Virus record (IMG/VR): IMGVR_UViG_2630968876_000001
Span: 64,001 to 87,166 of that record
DNA: 23,166 nucleotides
Reading direction: 5' to 3' (one strand)
DNA from: a virus
Taxonomy: Duplodnaviria > Heunggongvirae > Uroviricota > Caudoviricetes
Position numbers and translations under genes: made by a program. Under the pieces are notes generated by a model. The model saw only the letters and a program-made list of their open reading frames with translations, was not told the DNA's origin and made no database searches. How positions within the stretch are numbered: position 1 is the stretch's first letter; every line of letters starts with the position of its first letter. Below are positions 1 to 9,540 of the stretch, piece after piece.

Positions 1-49
1 CTGGCCTGCGGGCAGGTAGTGCCTGCGCATAAAAAATAAGGAACATTAA

Positions 50-442
50 ATGAAAAACCTTTTTGGAAACGTTGTCCCGATGAGTGGTCTGCCTGTCGAC
101 AAAACCGTGCTGGCGTCGTCCGGCAAATCCGGCGTGCAGCTGCTGGACTGCGGCGAAGAGTTTCAGGGCCGTTATGAGGTGGTTTCTCAGGGCGTGCTGG
201 TGGCCTGCACCGACAATTACGCGAAAGCGAGTGATTACTACTTTAAAGAGAGCGCACGCATCAGCGCTGAAAGCCAGGCCAGCTATAACGCTAAGGTCAG
301 AGAGGCAGAGTCAGCAGGGCTGAGCGGGTATCGCGTGCGGGATTATGCCAATGACCGCATAACGCTTAGTGACGCGCTGGCGCAGCAGAACACACCGCGC
401 GGCATCCCGGCAGAGTTTCTGCCCGCTCACAATCCAATGTGA
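50..442 (+). CDS. Hypothetical protein (130 aa)
   Basis: ATG preceded by an AAGGA RBS and followed by an intrinsic terminator. No family recognised. Confidence 0.7.
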   Translation: MKNLFGNVVPMSGLPVDKTVLASSGKSGVQLLDCGEEFQGRYEVVSQGVLVACTDNYAKASDYYFKESARISAESQASYNAKVREAESAGLSGYRVRDYANDRITLSDALAQQNTPRGIPAEFLPAHNPM

Positions 443-454
443 CGCACCACGAAC

Positions 455-489
455 AAAAAGAACCCCGCACAGAGCGGGGTTTTTTGTTT
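455..489. terminator. Bidirectional rho-independent terminator
   Basis: AACCCCGC-ACAGA-GCGGGGTT stem (461-481) with an A-tract before and a T-tract after, between convergent ORFs. Confidence 0.85.
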
Positions 490-3392
490 CAGAGCACGGC
501 AATTATGTCGTCTGCCGTTTTGCGCGTATCGCCCTTACAGGACACGGATCGGCGTGCGGCCAGCGGCATGATCCTGAAGCCGTTACGCGTGTACAAATCC
601 ACGACTGACGGCGCGCTGCTGTTGGTAATGACTACCTTAGCGCCGCGCTTGCGCGCTGCCACCAGGCACTCCACCAGCCGCGTCTGATGCTCAAACGTGA
701 AGGCGTTGCCGCTGTAGGCAGTAAAGCCGTTTTCGTCCGGCATCGGCTCATAAGGCGGATCGCAGAAAATCACGTCACCTTCGCCCGCCTGGCCGATCAC
801 ATCCTCAAACCCGGTGCAGACAAACGTCATTTCTTTCTGCAGGCCAGCGAAGTGCTGCAGTTCATCCAGCGGAAAGTAGTTTGCCCCTGCCTTTTTGTTC
901 CAGCCCACGTTAAACAGGCCTTTCAGGTTATACCGGCACAGCCCGTTAAAGCAGGTGCGCATCAGCGCCAGGAACAGCGCTGCATGCCGCACCGCGTGCG
1001 CCTGGCGTCCGTTAAATTCATCGCGCATGGCCACATAGGCTTCGTTAGTGAGACAGCCCTTTTCCAGCTGGTGAGCCGTATTAATCACGGCGTCCGGGTT
1101 GCCCTGCAGCTGATTGAAGAGGTTAATCAGATCCGGGTTGATATCCCCCAGCAGGTTGCGCTTAAAGCCAGCGTTGATGAATACGGTACCGCTGCCAACA
1201 AACGGCTCAATCAGGCGCTTCCCGGCTGGCATTACCGCCAGTATTTCATCAAGCACGGAGTGTTTGCCGCCCGCCCATTTCAGGAACGACCGCGGGTACT
1301 TATCCTCTGCAACCTTTCGCGCCGGCGCACGCTTTTTCTTTGCCGCGGGCGCTTCACGGACGTAGGCTACGCCGTGACGGTCAGCAGCAGTAAGGCAGGG
1401 CGCTATGTCGATCATCGGCTCAGTAGCGTTACCGCCGCTGCCCGGAGCGCGGCCTATCCAGTTGCCCGGAATCCCGTAAATCGTGCCATCCGTATCAGCG
1501 CTATTTTTTGTCGGTGCTTCCGGCGGCGTGGTTGTGGCCACCAGCATGATCTGATTGGCAATGCGATCGCCAATCCAGCGCATAACCGGTACCGCCATAG
1601 AGTTACCAATCGCTTTATAACGCGGACCATCAGCCGCCAGGCGGTGCGCCTCTTCTTCCGGCATATCAGGGTGCGTCAGGCGCAGGTAAGCCAGTTCGTC
1701 AGCAGCAAGCGCGTTGCGTTTCTTCTCCGGTATCAGTGTCCAGCCATCCGGGAAGCCCTGCAGGCGCTCACATTCTTTAGGCGTCAGGCGCCGGACTTCG
1801 CAGCGGGTGACAACAGCGGGATAGCCCTGTCCGGGCTTTCCGCCGCCTGTGGACAGTGCGCCCGTTATCTGTCCGTCGCCGTTGAGCAGGCGGACTTCAC
1901 CACGGGTGTTTTCAGCAAACGCTGCATGCTCCTCACAGCGGGCAACACATGGCGCTGCATCACCTTTGCCCGTTTCGCCGGATTCAGCGTTAAGCGTGTG
2001 GCACAGTTCGCCCATGTCACCGCGCCCGTTCCTGCCTATACGGGGCTGAAAAGCATAAGCTATAGCGTCAGCACAGGATCGACTGTCCAGGGTAAAGCCT
2101 ACTCCTTCCTGCCAGCCTTTACCGCCTGGGCCGGCGTTGTCACTACGCCCTATTTGTGCGTGTTGCAGGCAGTAAGTAATTACTGGTGACTCGTCGGCGC
2201 CCGCCTGACTCTGGGTGCATCCGGCAGCATCTGACGCTGGGTATACATCCTTAATCGCACCCTGCCTGCGGTCTTTAGAAGAGAAGGCAACAACGGGAGT
2301 GCCGCGCCCGGTACCATCTTCTGAGGCATCATGCCCCTCAGCTGTCAGGGTGTGGCTCACTTCGCCCGTGGCGCTCTGTACTGCAAACGTCTCTACGTCA
2401 AAATCATTACGCTGCCCTTTAGCCGTCAGGCATGCTGCCACGTCCAGCGCACCTGAGCAGTTACCGCCGCCAAAGGCAACAGGATCAGCAACAAGCCCAG
2501 CGCCGCGCTGACTGAAAACTTCCTGATTGCTTGTGCCAATTCCGCCCGTATTAAATGACTGATTCAGGGTAGGGTGAGGGTTATCTGGATTGTCCCAGTG
2601 GCTACCGACTTTAATGCCTGATGCAAAAGTGGCGGAAGCTGCCTGCCCCGGTTTTCGGCTCGGCGGAGAATCCCGGCGCATGCCGTCGAACTCAAGAAGT
2701 ATTTCTGCGGGATCAACATCGTTTCGAGCACTTGCGACAACGAAGATACGACGGCGGCGTTGGGCCACTCCGAAGAATTGGGCATCAAGGAGCCGCCAGG
2801 CAAGCTGCCGCTGCGGTCCGTAAATACAACCAGACTTCGGCCACTTCGCCACATGCTCACCGCCGCTGCTTCCTTTTTCGGGGTCTTTTTTCCATCGCCA
2901 GAACTCGTTACTTTTGCCGCGTTCAGGTCTTGGGCCTGGTTCAAATGCTTCATTTTCGCCAGCCATTCCGGCAAGGAAGAATCCAAAGGCGTTGTCAGGT
3001 GTGCTGAGACTTCCTGGCACGTTTTCCCACAAGTGGACGGCAGGCTGCTCGCCGTTTTCAATTCGTTTTTCATCAATGGCGTTCGCTAAATCTACATAAG
3101 AAAGGGTGAGCTGACCGCGCGGGTCGTCGAGGCTTTTACGGAGCCCGGCGATAGAAAACGCCTGGCAGGGGGTGCCGCCAACCATGACGGCCGGCGCCGG
3201 AATAGAACCGGCGCGCACGCCGGCCGCAATTTTTGTCATGTCGCCCAGGTTCGGCACGTCCGGGTAACGGTGAGCCAGCACGGCTGCAGGAAACTTTTCT
3301 ATCTCCGCAAACCATGCGGCTGTCCATCCCAGCCCGTCCCATGCCACGCTGGCCGCTTCAATGCCCGAACAAACGGAGCCGTAATCAATCAT
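489..3392 (-). CDS. dmt: Bifunctional DNA methyltransferase: N-terminal C5-cytosine MTase fused to a C-terminal Dam-type N6-adenine MTase (P1 Dmt-like)
   Basis: C5 motifs: GSVCSGIEAAS (I), GGTPCQ (IV), WENVPG (VI), QRRRRIFVV (VIII), RRLTPKECERLQGFPD (IX), YKAIGNSMAV (X). Dam domain at about 489-1300: FLKWAGGK, IEPFVGSG, DINPDLIN, FCDPPY. Confidence 0.92.
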   Translation of the reverse strand: MIDYGSVCSGIEAASVAWDGLGWTAAWFAEIEKFPAAVLAHRYPDVPNLGDMTKIAAGVRAGSIPAPAVMVGGTPCQAFSIAGLRKSLDDPRGQLTLSYVDLANAIDEKRIENGEQPAVHLWENVPGSLSTPDNAFGFFLAGMAGENEAFEPGPRPERGKSNEFWRWKKDPEKGSSGGEHVAKWPKSGCIYGPQRQLAWRLLDAQFFGVAQRRRRIFVVASARNDVDPAEILLEFDGMRRDSPPSRKPGQAASATFASGIKVGSHWDNPDNPHPTLNQSFNTGGIGTSNQEVFSQRGAGLVADPVAFGGGNCSGALDVAACLTAKGQRNDFDVETFAVQSATGEVSHTLTAEGHDASEDGTGRGTPVVAFSSKDRRQGAIKDVYPASDAAGCTQSQAGADESPVITYCLQHAQIGRSDNAGPGGKGWQEGVGFTLDSRSCADAIAYAFQPRIGRNGRGDMGELCHTLNAESGETGKGDAAPCVARCEEHAAFAENTRGEVRLLNGDGQITGALSTGGGKPGQGYPAVVTRCEVRRLTPKECERLQGFPDGWTLIPEKKRNALAADELAYLRLTHPDMPEEEAHRLAADGPRYKAIGNSMAVPVMRWIGDRIANQIMLVATTTPPEAPTKNSADTDGTIYGIPGNWIGRAPGSGGNATEPMIDIAPCLTAADRHGVAYVREAPAAKKKRAPARKVAEDKYPRSFLKWAGGKHSVLDEILAVMPAGKRLIEPFVGSGTVFINAGFKRNLLGDINPDLINLFNQLQGNPDAVINTAHQLEKGCLTNEAYVAMRDEFNGRQAHAVRHAALFLALMRTCFNGLCRYNLKGLFNVGWNKKAGANYFPLDELQHFAGLQKEMTFVCTGFEDVIGQAGEGDVIFCDPPYEPMPDENGFTAYSGNAFTFEHQTRLVECLVAARKRGAKVVITNSSAPSVVDLYTRNGFRIMPLAARRSVSCKGDTRKTADDIIAVL

Positions 3393-4198
3393 GCAAATGC
3401 CTCGACGGTTGAGTAGTTAGAGTTGATCCACTCACTGACAGAAGGCGGAGTGACTTTTTCGATTGCTGCTTTGAGGATCGAACAGCGGCCTCTTAAAACG
3501 AGGCGCTTAATTTCCTGCTCAGAGAGTCCGCGGCAGTAGTCAGCCGACTCAATAGCTGCAGTGATATCAGGGTATTTTTCGCGGCTTTTAGGGATGTTGC
3601 AGGCAAGGTTGGTGCTGTCGGCTGTATCGAGGGGATAGTTACCCAGCACACGCCCGTCCAGCATACGCAGGCCGTGCACCTTCGTTGTAAACCGGCGCTT
3701 AACGTAGATAGCCTCAAATGCCTCTTTCATGCGGGCATGCCACAGCTTTGTACGGATAACAGCGTACTGGCCGGACGATCCGAAACAGACGCGTGGCCAT
3801 TCGCTGCAGAGCTCTACCAGCCGCTCAATACTTTCGTGGAGGTGCCAGACCGGCGCCGCCTTATCACGCAGGTGTAATGGCATTTCAGCAATCAGCTGGT
3901 CGTTATCTGCTTCGCCACCTTCGATCACGTCAGGAATTACAAAAAACTTCAGTTTGGGATCGGCGTAAAAGGTTTCTACCCGGCGATAAAAATCACTCCA
4001 GTTAATCTGCAGGCCGCTTTTCCAGGCGGAGAACGCGCCATTATCGAAGCCGACAGAATCCGCGTGTTCAAAGCTGGCTTTTAGCTGGTCCATACGCGCG
4101 AATGAGACAAACGCGCCAGCGCCTGCAACAGCGAGCTGGTGGATCTCACCGGCACAACCCCAGACAGGCGTGCCGTGATAGTGAGCAACAGCCGTCAT
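3389..4198 (-). CDS. Phage protein with a predicted tRNA-guanine transglycosylase (TGT)/DpdA-like TIM-barrel fold
   Basis: Motifs FDNGAFSAWK, IPDVI, PVWH, CFGSS, VHGLR and ADSTN occur in the order expected for TGT-family barrels. 4-bp ATGA overlaps with both rdgC and dmt. Fold assignment is inference. Confidence 0.6.
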   Translation of the reverse strand: MTAVAHYHGTPVWGCAGEIHQLAVAGAGAFVSFARMDQLKASFEHADSVGFDNGAFSAWKSGLQINWSDFYRRVETFYADPKLKFFVIPDVIEGGEADNDQLIAEMPLHLRDKAAPVWHLHESIERLVELCSEWPRVCFGSSGQYAVIRTKLWHARMKEAFEAIYVKRRFTTKVHGLRMLDGRVLGNYPLDTADSTNLACNIPKSREKYPDITAAIESADYCRGLSEQEIKRLVLRGRCSILKAAIEKVTPPSVSEWINSNYSTVEAFA

Positions 4199-5103
4199 CG
4201 CTTCGCCTCACCGCCCAGCGCATCCACCAGCCCGGAGAAGAAAGCAGAAAACTCGGACGTGAACAGCATAAAATCAGCCAGCATGCGTGCGCGCTGATCC
4301 TCACGGTCAATGTCGTCGTTCTGCTCAGTGAGCATGTCGGCATACTTAATGCCCTTGATGCTCAAATCGTCCGCCACACGGCAGAAAATGCGCTCCTGCC
4401 AGTCAAGGCTCAGGTGCGTGACTACTTTCCCGGCCTCAATATGCGCGCGCACTTCATCGCTGATTAGATCCTGCTTTTTACAGCGGATTTTGCCGCCTTC
4501 TTCCAGAATCGCCGCAAGTCCGGCCTCGTCGCCCAGCATAAAGCCCGCCGGTAGGTCGCCGGAGCGCAGCCATTCAGTCAGCGTGAGCTCGACAGGCTCC
4601 TCAGCCATCAGCGGCACAACCGGCAGCGAGCCGATAGTTTTGCGCAGCATGGCGAGCATGTCCTCTGCCGCTTTGGCGCTGGCCGCGTCAACGTAGATGC
4701 GGCTGTTCACGCTGTCGATCCACAGATAAGCCTGCGTGCGGCGGGTGAAAGCGCGCGGCAGCAGCGTGTGAAGGGCTTCATCCTTCAGGGAAACACGTTC
4801 GCTGCGACGTACCTTGCGCGCCTCTTCCTGCTCAATTTTCGCCACGCGATCGGCCACAAACTCGTTAAGCGTGGCGGCGGGCATGATCTTGCTTTCGGTC
4901 TGACAGCACAGCAGGTACTGCCCGTTTTCAGCCAGCAGTAACTCTTCTGAGGTAACGTTGATCCAGCCTGATTTAGCCATGTCCTGCGCGGCACAGGGAG
5001 TAAACGCCATCGTCTGCAGCTGCTGCGCCAGTTCTTCCGCGTCTAACGGAATATCCCGGCTCAGGCTGTAGACCATGATGTTTTTGAAGAAGGGAGATTT
5101 CAT
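4195..5103 (-). CDS. rdgC: Recombination-associated protein RdgC (P1 HrdC homolog)
   Basis: FFKNIMVYSL, ESKIMPA, ALHTLLPRAF, LRKTIGSLPVVP, GKVVTHLSLDW, ADFMLF and LVDALGGE match RdgC. ATG at 5103 preferred over TTG at 5127. Confidence 0.93.
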   Translation of the reverse strand: MKSPFFKNIMVYSLSRDIPLDAEELAQQLQTMAFTPCAAQDMAKSGWINVTSEELLLAENGQYLLCCQTESKIMPAATLNEFVADRVAKIEQEEARKVRRSERVSLKDEALHTLLPRAFTRRTQAYLWIDSVNSRIYVDAASAKAAEDMLAMLRKTIGSLPVVPLMAEEPVELTLTEWLRSGDLPAGFMLGDEAGLAAILEEGGKIRCKKQDLISDEVRAHIEAGKVVTHLSLDWQERIFCRVADDLSIKGIKYADMLTEQNDDIDREDQRARMLADFMLFTSEFSAFFSGLVDALGGEAKR

Positions 5104-5131
5104 GCGGCTATGTCTCTTAGATAACAATAAC

Positions 5132-5158
5132 CGCCATTCTAAATTAATGTTTTAGAAT
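5132..5158. promoter_or_regulatory. Putative repressor operator (inverted repeat ATTCTAAA-N7-TTTAGAAT) upstream of the rdgC-dmt operon
   Basis: ATTCTAAA at 5136-5143 and TTTAGAAT at 5151-5158. The motif recurs at 12171, 15062 and 17292. Confidence 0.6.
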
Positions 5159-5169
5159 TACACTTAAAA

Positions 5170-5778
5170 TCACTGACTGAACTCAAACTGAGGCGCTTTA
5201 GCGCTGAAGGTATCGCCTGAATCAAACACGGTTTTCCCGCCTGCTTTGACCTTCACATTACCGCCCACGTCGATAACCAGATCACCCGGCCCCAGCATGT
5301 ATATCTGCCCGCTTTCATTCATGCCTATGCGTGAACCACTGGCCGTGTTGGTGATTTCATACCCGCCACCAGCAGACCGGATCTCCAGCAGATTATTGCG
5401 GTGGGAGACAAAATCATCCGTTGCGCTCAGGGCAGGGCGCGCCGGTGCGCCTTCAACGGCTGGTGGCTCGTAGGCGCTGCCCTGTCCGGAGGCTTCAGGT
5501 GCCACACTCGGCACACCGCCTGGCGCTGATTGTGCCGCACCGGTGATAAGCGGCCGGCGCGTGTCCGGGCGCCCGCGCGCGTCGGTATACGGGAACTCTA
5601 CCCACACTTCATCCCCCGTTTTGCAGGGAACGAACGCGTTGCCTATCGGCAGCTGGTATTCAGCCCAGGGCAGCGTCTCCGCTTCGACGTCCGCCCATTG
5701 CGGCGTCAGGCGGATCTGCGCGCGCATGTGTCCTGCCGGGTCTTTGGTGGCCGTGATTACGGCGCGTTGCTTACTCAC
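5170..5778 (-). CDS. gp5: Baseplate spike/hub protein, P1 gp5-like (OB-fold gpV type)
   Basis: DPAGHMRAQIR, LPWAE, GDEVWVEFPY and APEASGQG match P1 gp5 as recalled. C-terminal beta-helix-like repeats. Confidence 0.85.
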   Translation of the reverse strand: MSKQRAVITATKDPAGHMRAQIRLTPQWADVEAETLPWAEYQLPIGNAFVPCKTGDEVWVEFPYTDARGRPDTRRPLITGAAQSAPGGVPSVAPEASGQGSAYEPPAVEGAPARPALSATDDFVSHRNNLLEIRSAGGGYEITNTASGSRIGMNESGQIYMLGPGDLVIDVGGNVKVKAGGKTVFDSGDTFSAKAPQFEFSQ

Positions 5779-6767
5779 TGGTTGGGTACTCCTAAAATCA
5801 TGCGCGTGGTGTAGCCGATGCGATCCTCATGATGAATAGCCGCGGTAACGATAAAGTTTTTCGGCAGCGTCTCGTCAGTCTGGTTTTCCGGGTCATAGCG
5901 GTGGATCTGTACGCCTATCACCATGCCAGCGGTAATGTCCGCGTTGCCGCTGACCTCAATATCCAGCTTTGGAATAAGCACGCGCCCCATATTGGTGAGC
6001 GTGGCCACGTCGGCATCAGAGATATATTTAACCGGCTTGGATTTATCGCCCACGGCAATGTAGCCATCAGTCATGGAGTAACCCACAAACTGATAATCAG
6101 CGCTGCTGGTGGCGGCGGCGTCCTGGTTGATATGGCTCAGCTTGCTTATCGTGTATTCCGCTTTCGGGTTATTGGCCTCATAGACAACCGCCGGTTTCGT
6201 GCCAATGAGTTTGCCTATCTCCTTCATACAGAACATGCCGCGGGCGCACCACACCAGCGCGCCGTGATCTTCCGCCATCTGTCGCAGAACGCCGGACGGC
6301 TTCTCACTCATATTCAGGTGATAGGTCATCGCTTTTTTGAACGCGTCAGCCTCGATCGTCAGTGTGCCGGCGAACTCTTTCATGACGTCGCCAGGCTGAC
6401 GATCGGCGTACAGGCGCACGCGGGCTGAGGGCGTTTTCAGACGCTTCAGGTCGGCTGATACGGCGATAATGCGCACCACGTCGCCGCTGGCCGGCGCGGA
6501 CGTAACGAAAAACGTCTCACGGTACGCGCCGCGCTTCCCGGTCGGATCGCCCAGTTCCGCCACCAGCGTTGCGCCGTAGCGGGCGCCCATTTCGTCCATC
6601 AGCTTGCCTTCCGGATCGTGCGCCTCCAGCACCAGCAGCGGGGCAGTAAGGGCGGTTTTCTCAATGTAGAGCGCCGACGTTATCCAGCTGCGCGGCAGTT
6701 CTTTGTCATTGATGATCACCGACTGCAGGAAGTACTGCATGGGCTTGTTCTTCTGCTCTGCTGCCAT
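5775..6767 (-). CDS. gp6: Tail/baseplate protein, P1 gp6-like
   Basis: FLQSV, YHLNMSEKPSGVL, YEANNP, PKLDIEVSGNA and HHEDR resemble P1 gp6. Syntenic position. Confidence 0.8.
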   Translation of the reverse strand: MAAEQKNKPMQYFLQSVIINDKELPRSWITSALYIEKTALTAPLLVLEAHDPEGKLMDEMGARYGATLVAELGDPTGKRGAYRETFFVTSAPASGDVVRIIAVSADLKRLKTPSARVRLYADRQPGDVMKEFAGTLTIEADAFKKAMTYHLNMSEKPSGVLRQMAEDHGALVWCARGMFCMKEIGKLIGTKPAVVYEANNPKAEYTISKLSHINQDAAATSSADYQFVGYSMTDGYIAVGDKSKPVKYISDADVATLTNMGRVLIPKLDIEVSGNADITAGMVIGVQIHRYDPENQTDETLPKNFIVTAAIHHEDRIGYTTRMILGVPNQ

Positions 6768-6770
6768 CCG

Positions 6771-7544
6771 TTATGCCCCCGCCGGCGCAAGCTGCGTGTC
6801 GTGGCGCACGCTGCGCGCCGTGACTTCGTATGCCGTCAGCACGTCCACCATGACGATCATCGACGTCTGGCAGGCGTAGATGCGCTCCTGAGTGAACGGC
6901 GGCGACATATCGCTGTACATGATGGATTTTGCGTCCTGAATGCTGCAGTTGAGCTCAACAGGCCAGCCAGCCAGCTTGTCATGCGCCATAAAGCGGGTGG
7001 AAAGACGGGAGCGGAAGTTAGCTGCCAGCGTATTGCACATCAGCGACAGCGTATCTTTGTCGCCGGCAATCAGCGTGATGGTGTAGTTCAGCGAGGCCTG
7101 CGCGGCTTCGATCTCCGCCAGCGGCTTATCATCCTGCGCAGACGCGATCACATCTGCGTAGTTGCGGCGGTCAATCTCATGATCGTTGTTATCGTAGGTG
7201 ATATCGAACCCGCGGGAGAGGTTGATAACCGGCAGCGCGTCGCGGTTGAGGTTCGGCATATCTTCCTGCTTTACGCTGTGGCGTCCGGCGCCTGCCTGGC
7301 GGACGGCGCGCAGAAACTCCAGCACGTCATCAAACTTGCCGACGAATATCCGATCCTCCGGTTTGCGCGCCAGGAAGGCGGCGTAGCGCGCTTCATGCGG
7401 GCGCGGTGCGACAATGACAGCACCGCGGAACACGTCATTCAGCGCCTTTGCAATGGCGGCATCAGCAGCGGTAAAGCCCGTACTCTGCATCTGGCCGGTG
7501 CGCGTGGTGTCCCATTCGCGGGTGCGGGCGAGTAATTGTTTCAT
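6771..7544 (-). CDS. gp24: Baseplate/tail protein, P1 gp24-like
   Basis: FVGKFDDVLEFLRAVR, NRDALPVINLSR, LSLMCN and IQDAK resemble P1 gp24. Syntenic position. Confidence 0.8.
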   Translation of the reverse strand: MKQLLARTREWDTTRTGQMQSTGFTAADAAIAKALNDVFRGAVIVAPRPHEARYAAFLARKPEDRIFVGKFDDVLEFLRAVRQAGAGRHSVKQEDMPNLNRDALPVINLSRGFDITYDNNDHEIDRRNYADVIASAQDDKPLAEIEAAQASLNYTITLIAGDKDTLSLMCNTLAANFRSRLSTRFMAHDKLAGWPVELNCSIQDAKSIMYSDMSPPFTQERIYACQTSMIVMVDVLTAYEVTARSVRHDTQLAPAGA

Positions 7545-8326
7545 TCGATACGTCCGTTGCTGGTGGTGTCAAAGTTGCGGGCGGGAATGCAGTAGTAGAG
7601 CGATCCGACGTTCTGCGTGCCGAAGCCGTAAATGCGGTGGACGTACCACCAGCGGCGCGCCAGGGTGCCGCTGGCCATCTCTTCGTTCCACTCAAGAATT
7701 GAGCCAACCGGCACGCCTTCTGCAGCAATGCGCAGGATCAGCACGTCGTCGGTTAAGCCGTCCTGCTCGTCGCCGGCATCGAGCACCTGGAAACTCTCGC
7801 GCTCGTCCGGGCAGTCCAGCACCGTGACAATGGCCGGATCGGCATCCTGATAGCTCAGCGTGCGCTGGTTATTGTTCAGTTCGGTAAACGCGGGTTGTTC
7901 AAAGCCGGTTTCGTCGTCCACCTCGCCCACGTCGCGCATATCTGGCAGGTACAGCAGCGCCTGAAACGCGCTGTAGTCGCTCTCTATTGCCTTAACCCAG
8001 TCGCGGCGGACCATGTTGTTGAAGGGGGCGTGACCTTTGAAGCGGGGCTTAATCGCCGTGCTCTGCTCGCGTGCCGCCAGGGCATCCGGCAGTGGGGCGC
8101 TTAGCGGGTCATAATCTTCACTGCTGCTGCTGTCAGGGTCATCAGCACCGCCAGTGGCAGCGCCATCGGGTGAGGCGGCGGCGGATTCACCAGACGCTTC
8201 CAGATCGGTTGCAGTGCTGCTGCTGTCCGGCACATCTTCTGCAGGCGCGGTCTGCTCTGTTTCACTGCGGGTTTCCTCGCTGGTGGAAGGGGGCGTGTCA
8301 TTAAGAAATTCGTCGTAGCGTCCCAT
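7541..8326 (-). CDS. gp7: Tail stability protein, P1 gp7-like, with an acidic low-complexity N-terminus
   Basis: GHAPFNNMVRRDW, LDCPDE, VPVGSILEW, WYVHRIYGFG and GSLYYCIP resemble P1 gp7. Confidence 0.8.
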   Translation of the reverse strand: MGRYDEFLNDTPPSTSEETRSETEQTAPAEDVPDSSSTATDLEASGESAAASPDGAATGGADDPDSSSSEDYDPLSAPLPDALAAREQSTAIKPRFKGHAPFNNMVRRDWVKAIESDYSAFQALLYLPDMRDVGEVDDETGFEQPAFTELNNNQRTLSYQDADPAIVTVLDCPDERESFQVLDAGDEQDGLTDDVLILRIAAEGVPVGSILEWNEEMASGTLARRWWYVHRIYGFGTQNVGSLYYCIPARNFDTTSNGRIE

Positions 8327-9540
8327 TACTGATTACCTGCTTTTGTCTGGTTCTTTGCGTAGTCGATAAACATTTTTTCCGCCTGCGCGCGCGGCGTGCC
8401 GCTCAGCACCAGGGCATCAATGAATGTCTGGCGCTGGATCTTCGCCTGGTCAGCCAGCTGCTGACGCAGCAGCGCATTTTTCGCCTTTTCGTCCGCCAGC
8501 TGCGCCTGCTTTTTCGCCGCGCGGGCGCGCTCCGTGGCGGTAACCTTTTTGGCGCGGGTCAGCTGGCCGCGCAGCTTGTCGATCCGGCCATCGTCGTTGC
8601 TCAGCCGCTTCGCCAGCGCGCCCATGCGCTTCTGGTATTTCTCATGCTCGCGCTTTACGGCGGCGGCGTTGGTCTGCGAGTTGCGGTTGCGGTTGAACTT
8701 GGCCTTGTCGGCGTCGGTGAAGTGCTCAGTGGTTTTGCGCGGATCGTCGCCGTAGGCGTTGTTGCCGGCGCTTTTGAGCATCGCCTGGCCGATCCGTACC
8801 TGCCATGAGGCGGACTGCAGGCGGGTGAAAGCGTGAATGACGTGCTTACAGGCCACGCCTTTCAGGTTCGGGTTTTTCTCTTTCGGGTAGGCGTACTCTT
8901 TTGGCGGGGCAAGGGCGAAGTTGCCCGCCGTGGCAATGTAGCGGTACCAGTACTGGTGACGGCCACAATCGCAATCAAAAGAGACGCGGCCAGCGCAGAG
9001 TCGCTTGGCAATTTTGGCGCTGTCTTTGCCATCCGTGACCTCCTCAATGAGCTGATCCCACTCCTCAAAGCGGAACTTCACGCGGTGATGTTTATCAACC
9101 GATACGGCGGACGCCTCCACACTTACCGTGAGCACGTTGTGTTTGAGCGTGGTGGGCGTGGCGCGCTTAATACCGGAACCGTCATCCACGCGGTTATTGG
9201 CGCGCTTAATGTCGATCTGCTGACTGCCCGCCACCAGCTGCGCATACGTGATCCCCGCAACAGCCGCGTTGAACTGCTGGCGTGCGCCGGCGCGGTTTTT
9301 CTCAAACCATTTAAGATCCTCTCTGGTGTAGAAGGTGCCGGACTTCTTTTTGCCCAGGGCAATAATGTCGTCGAGCGCCTTGTTCTTCAGGGTGAGAGGG
9401 TTAAGCGTGCGGTGCGCAATGCGGCGCGAACGCCGGCGGTCTTTGTCTATCTGGTCGAAAACGCGTGAGAACTCTTTCGAGGAGAGCCCGGCGGTGTCGT
9501 AGCGCCCGGATTCGGTGCGGGCAAACGGAGTATCAGCCAC
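8326..9540 (-). CDS. gp25: Tail-associated protein, P1 gp25-like (SWIM-like Cys/His motif)
   Basis: GITYAQLVA, IDIKRANN, RVSFDCDCGRHQYWYRY, PPKEYAYPK and GVACKHV match P1 gp25. Confidence 0.85.
   Translation of the reverse strand: MADTPFARTESGRYDTAGLSSKEFSRVFDQIDKDRRRSRRIAHRTLNPLTLKNKALDDIIALGKKKSGTFYTREDLKWFEKNRAGARQQFNAAVAGITYAQLVAGSQQIDIKRANNRVDDGSGIKRATPTTLKHNVLTVSVEASAVSVDKHHRVKFRFEEWDQLIEEVTDGKDSAKIAKRLCAGRVSFDCDCGRHQYWYRYIATAGNFALAPPKEYAYPKEKNPNLKGVACKHVIHAFTRLQSASWQVRIGQAMLKSAGNNAYGDDPRKTTEHFTDADKAKFNRNRNSQTNAAAVKREHEKYQKRMGALAKRLSNDDGRIDKLRGQLTRAKKVTATERARAAKKQAQLADEKAKNALLRQQLADQAKIQRQTFIDALVLSGTPRAQAEKMFIDYAKNQTKAGNQ

Noticed and set aside
687-2189. 500-aa + strand ORF, and other long shadow ORFs (e.g. 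5829-6428, 6618-7535, 8833-9468, 15884-16516)
   Set aside because: They are antisense to well-supported genes and have no recognisable motifs.
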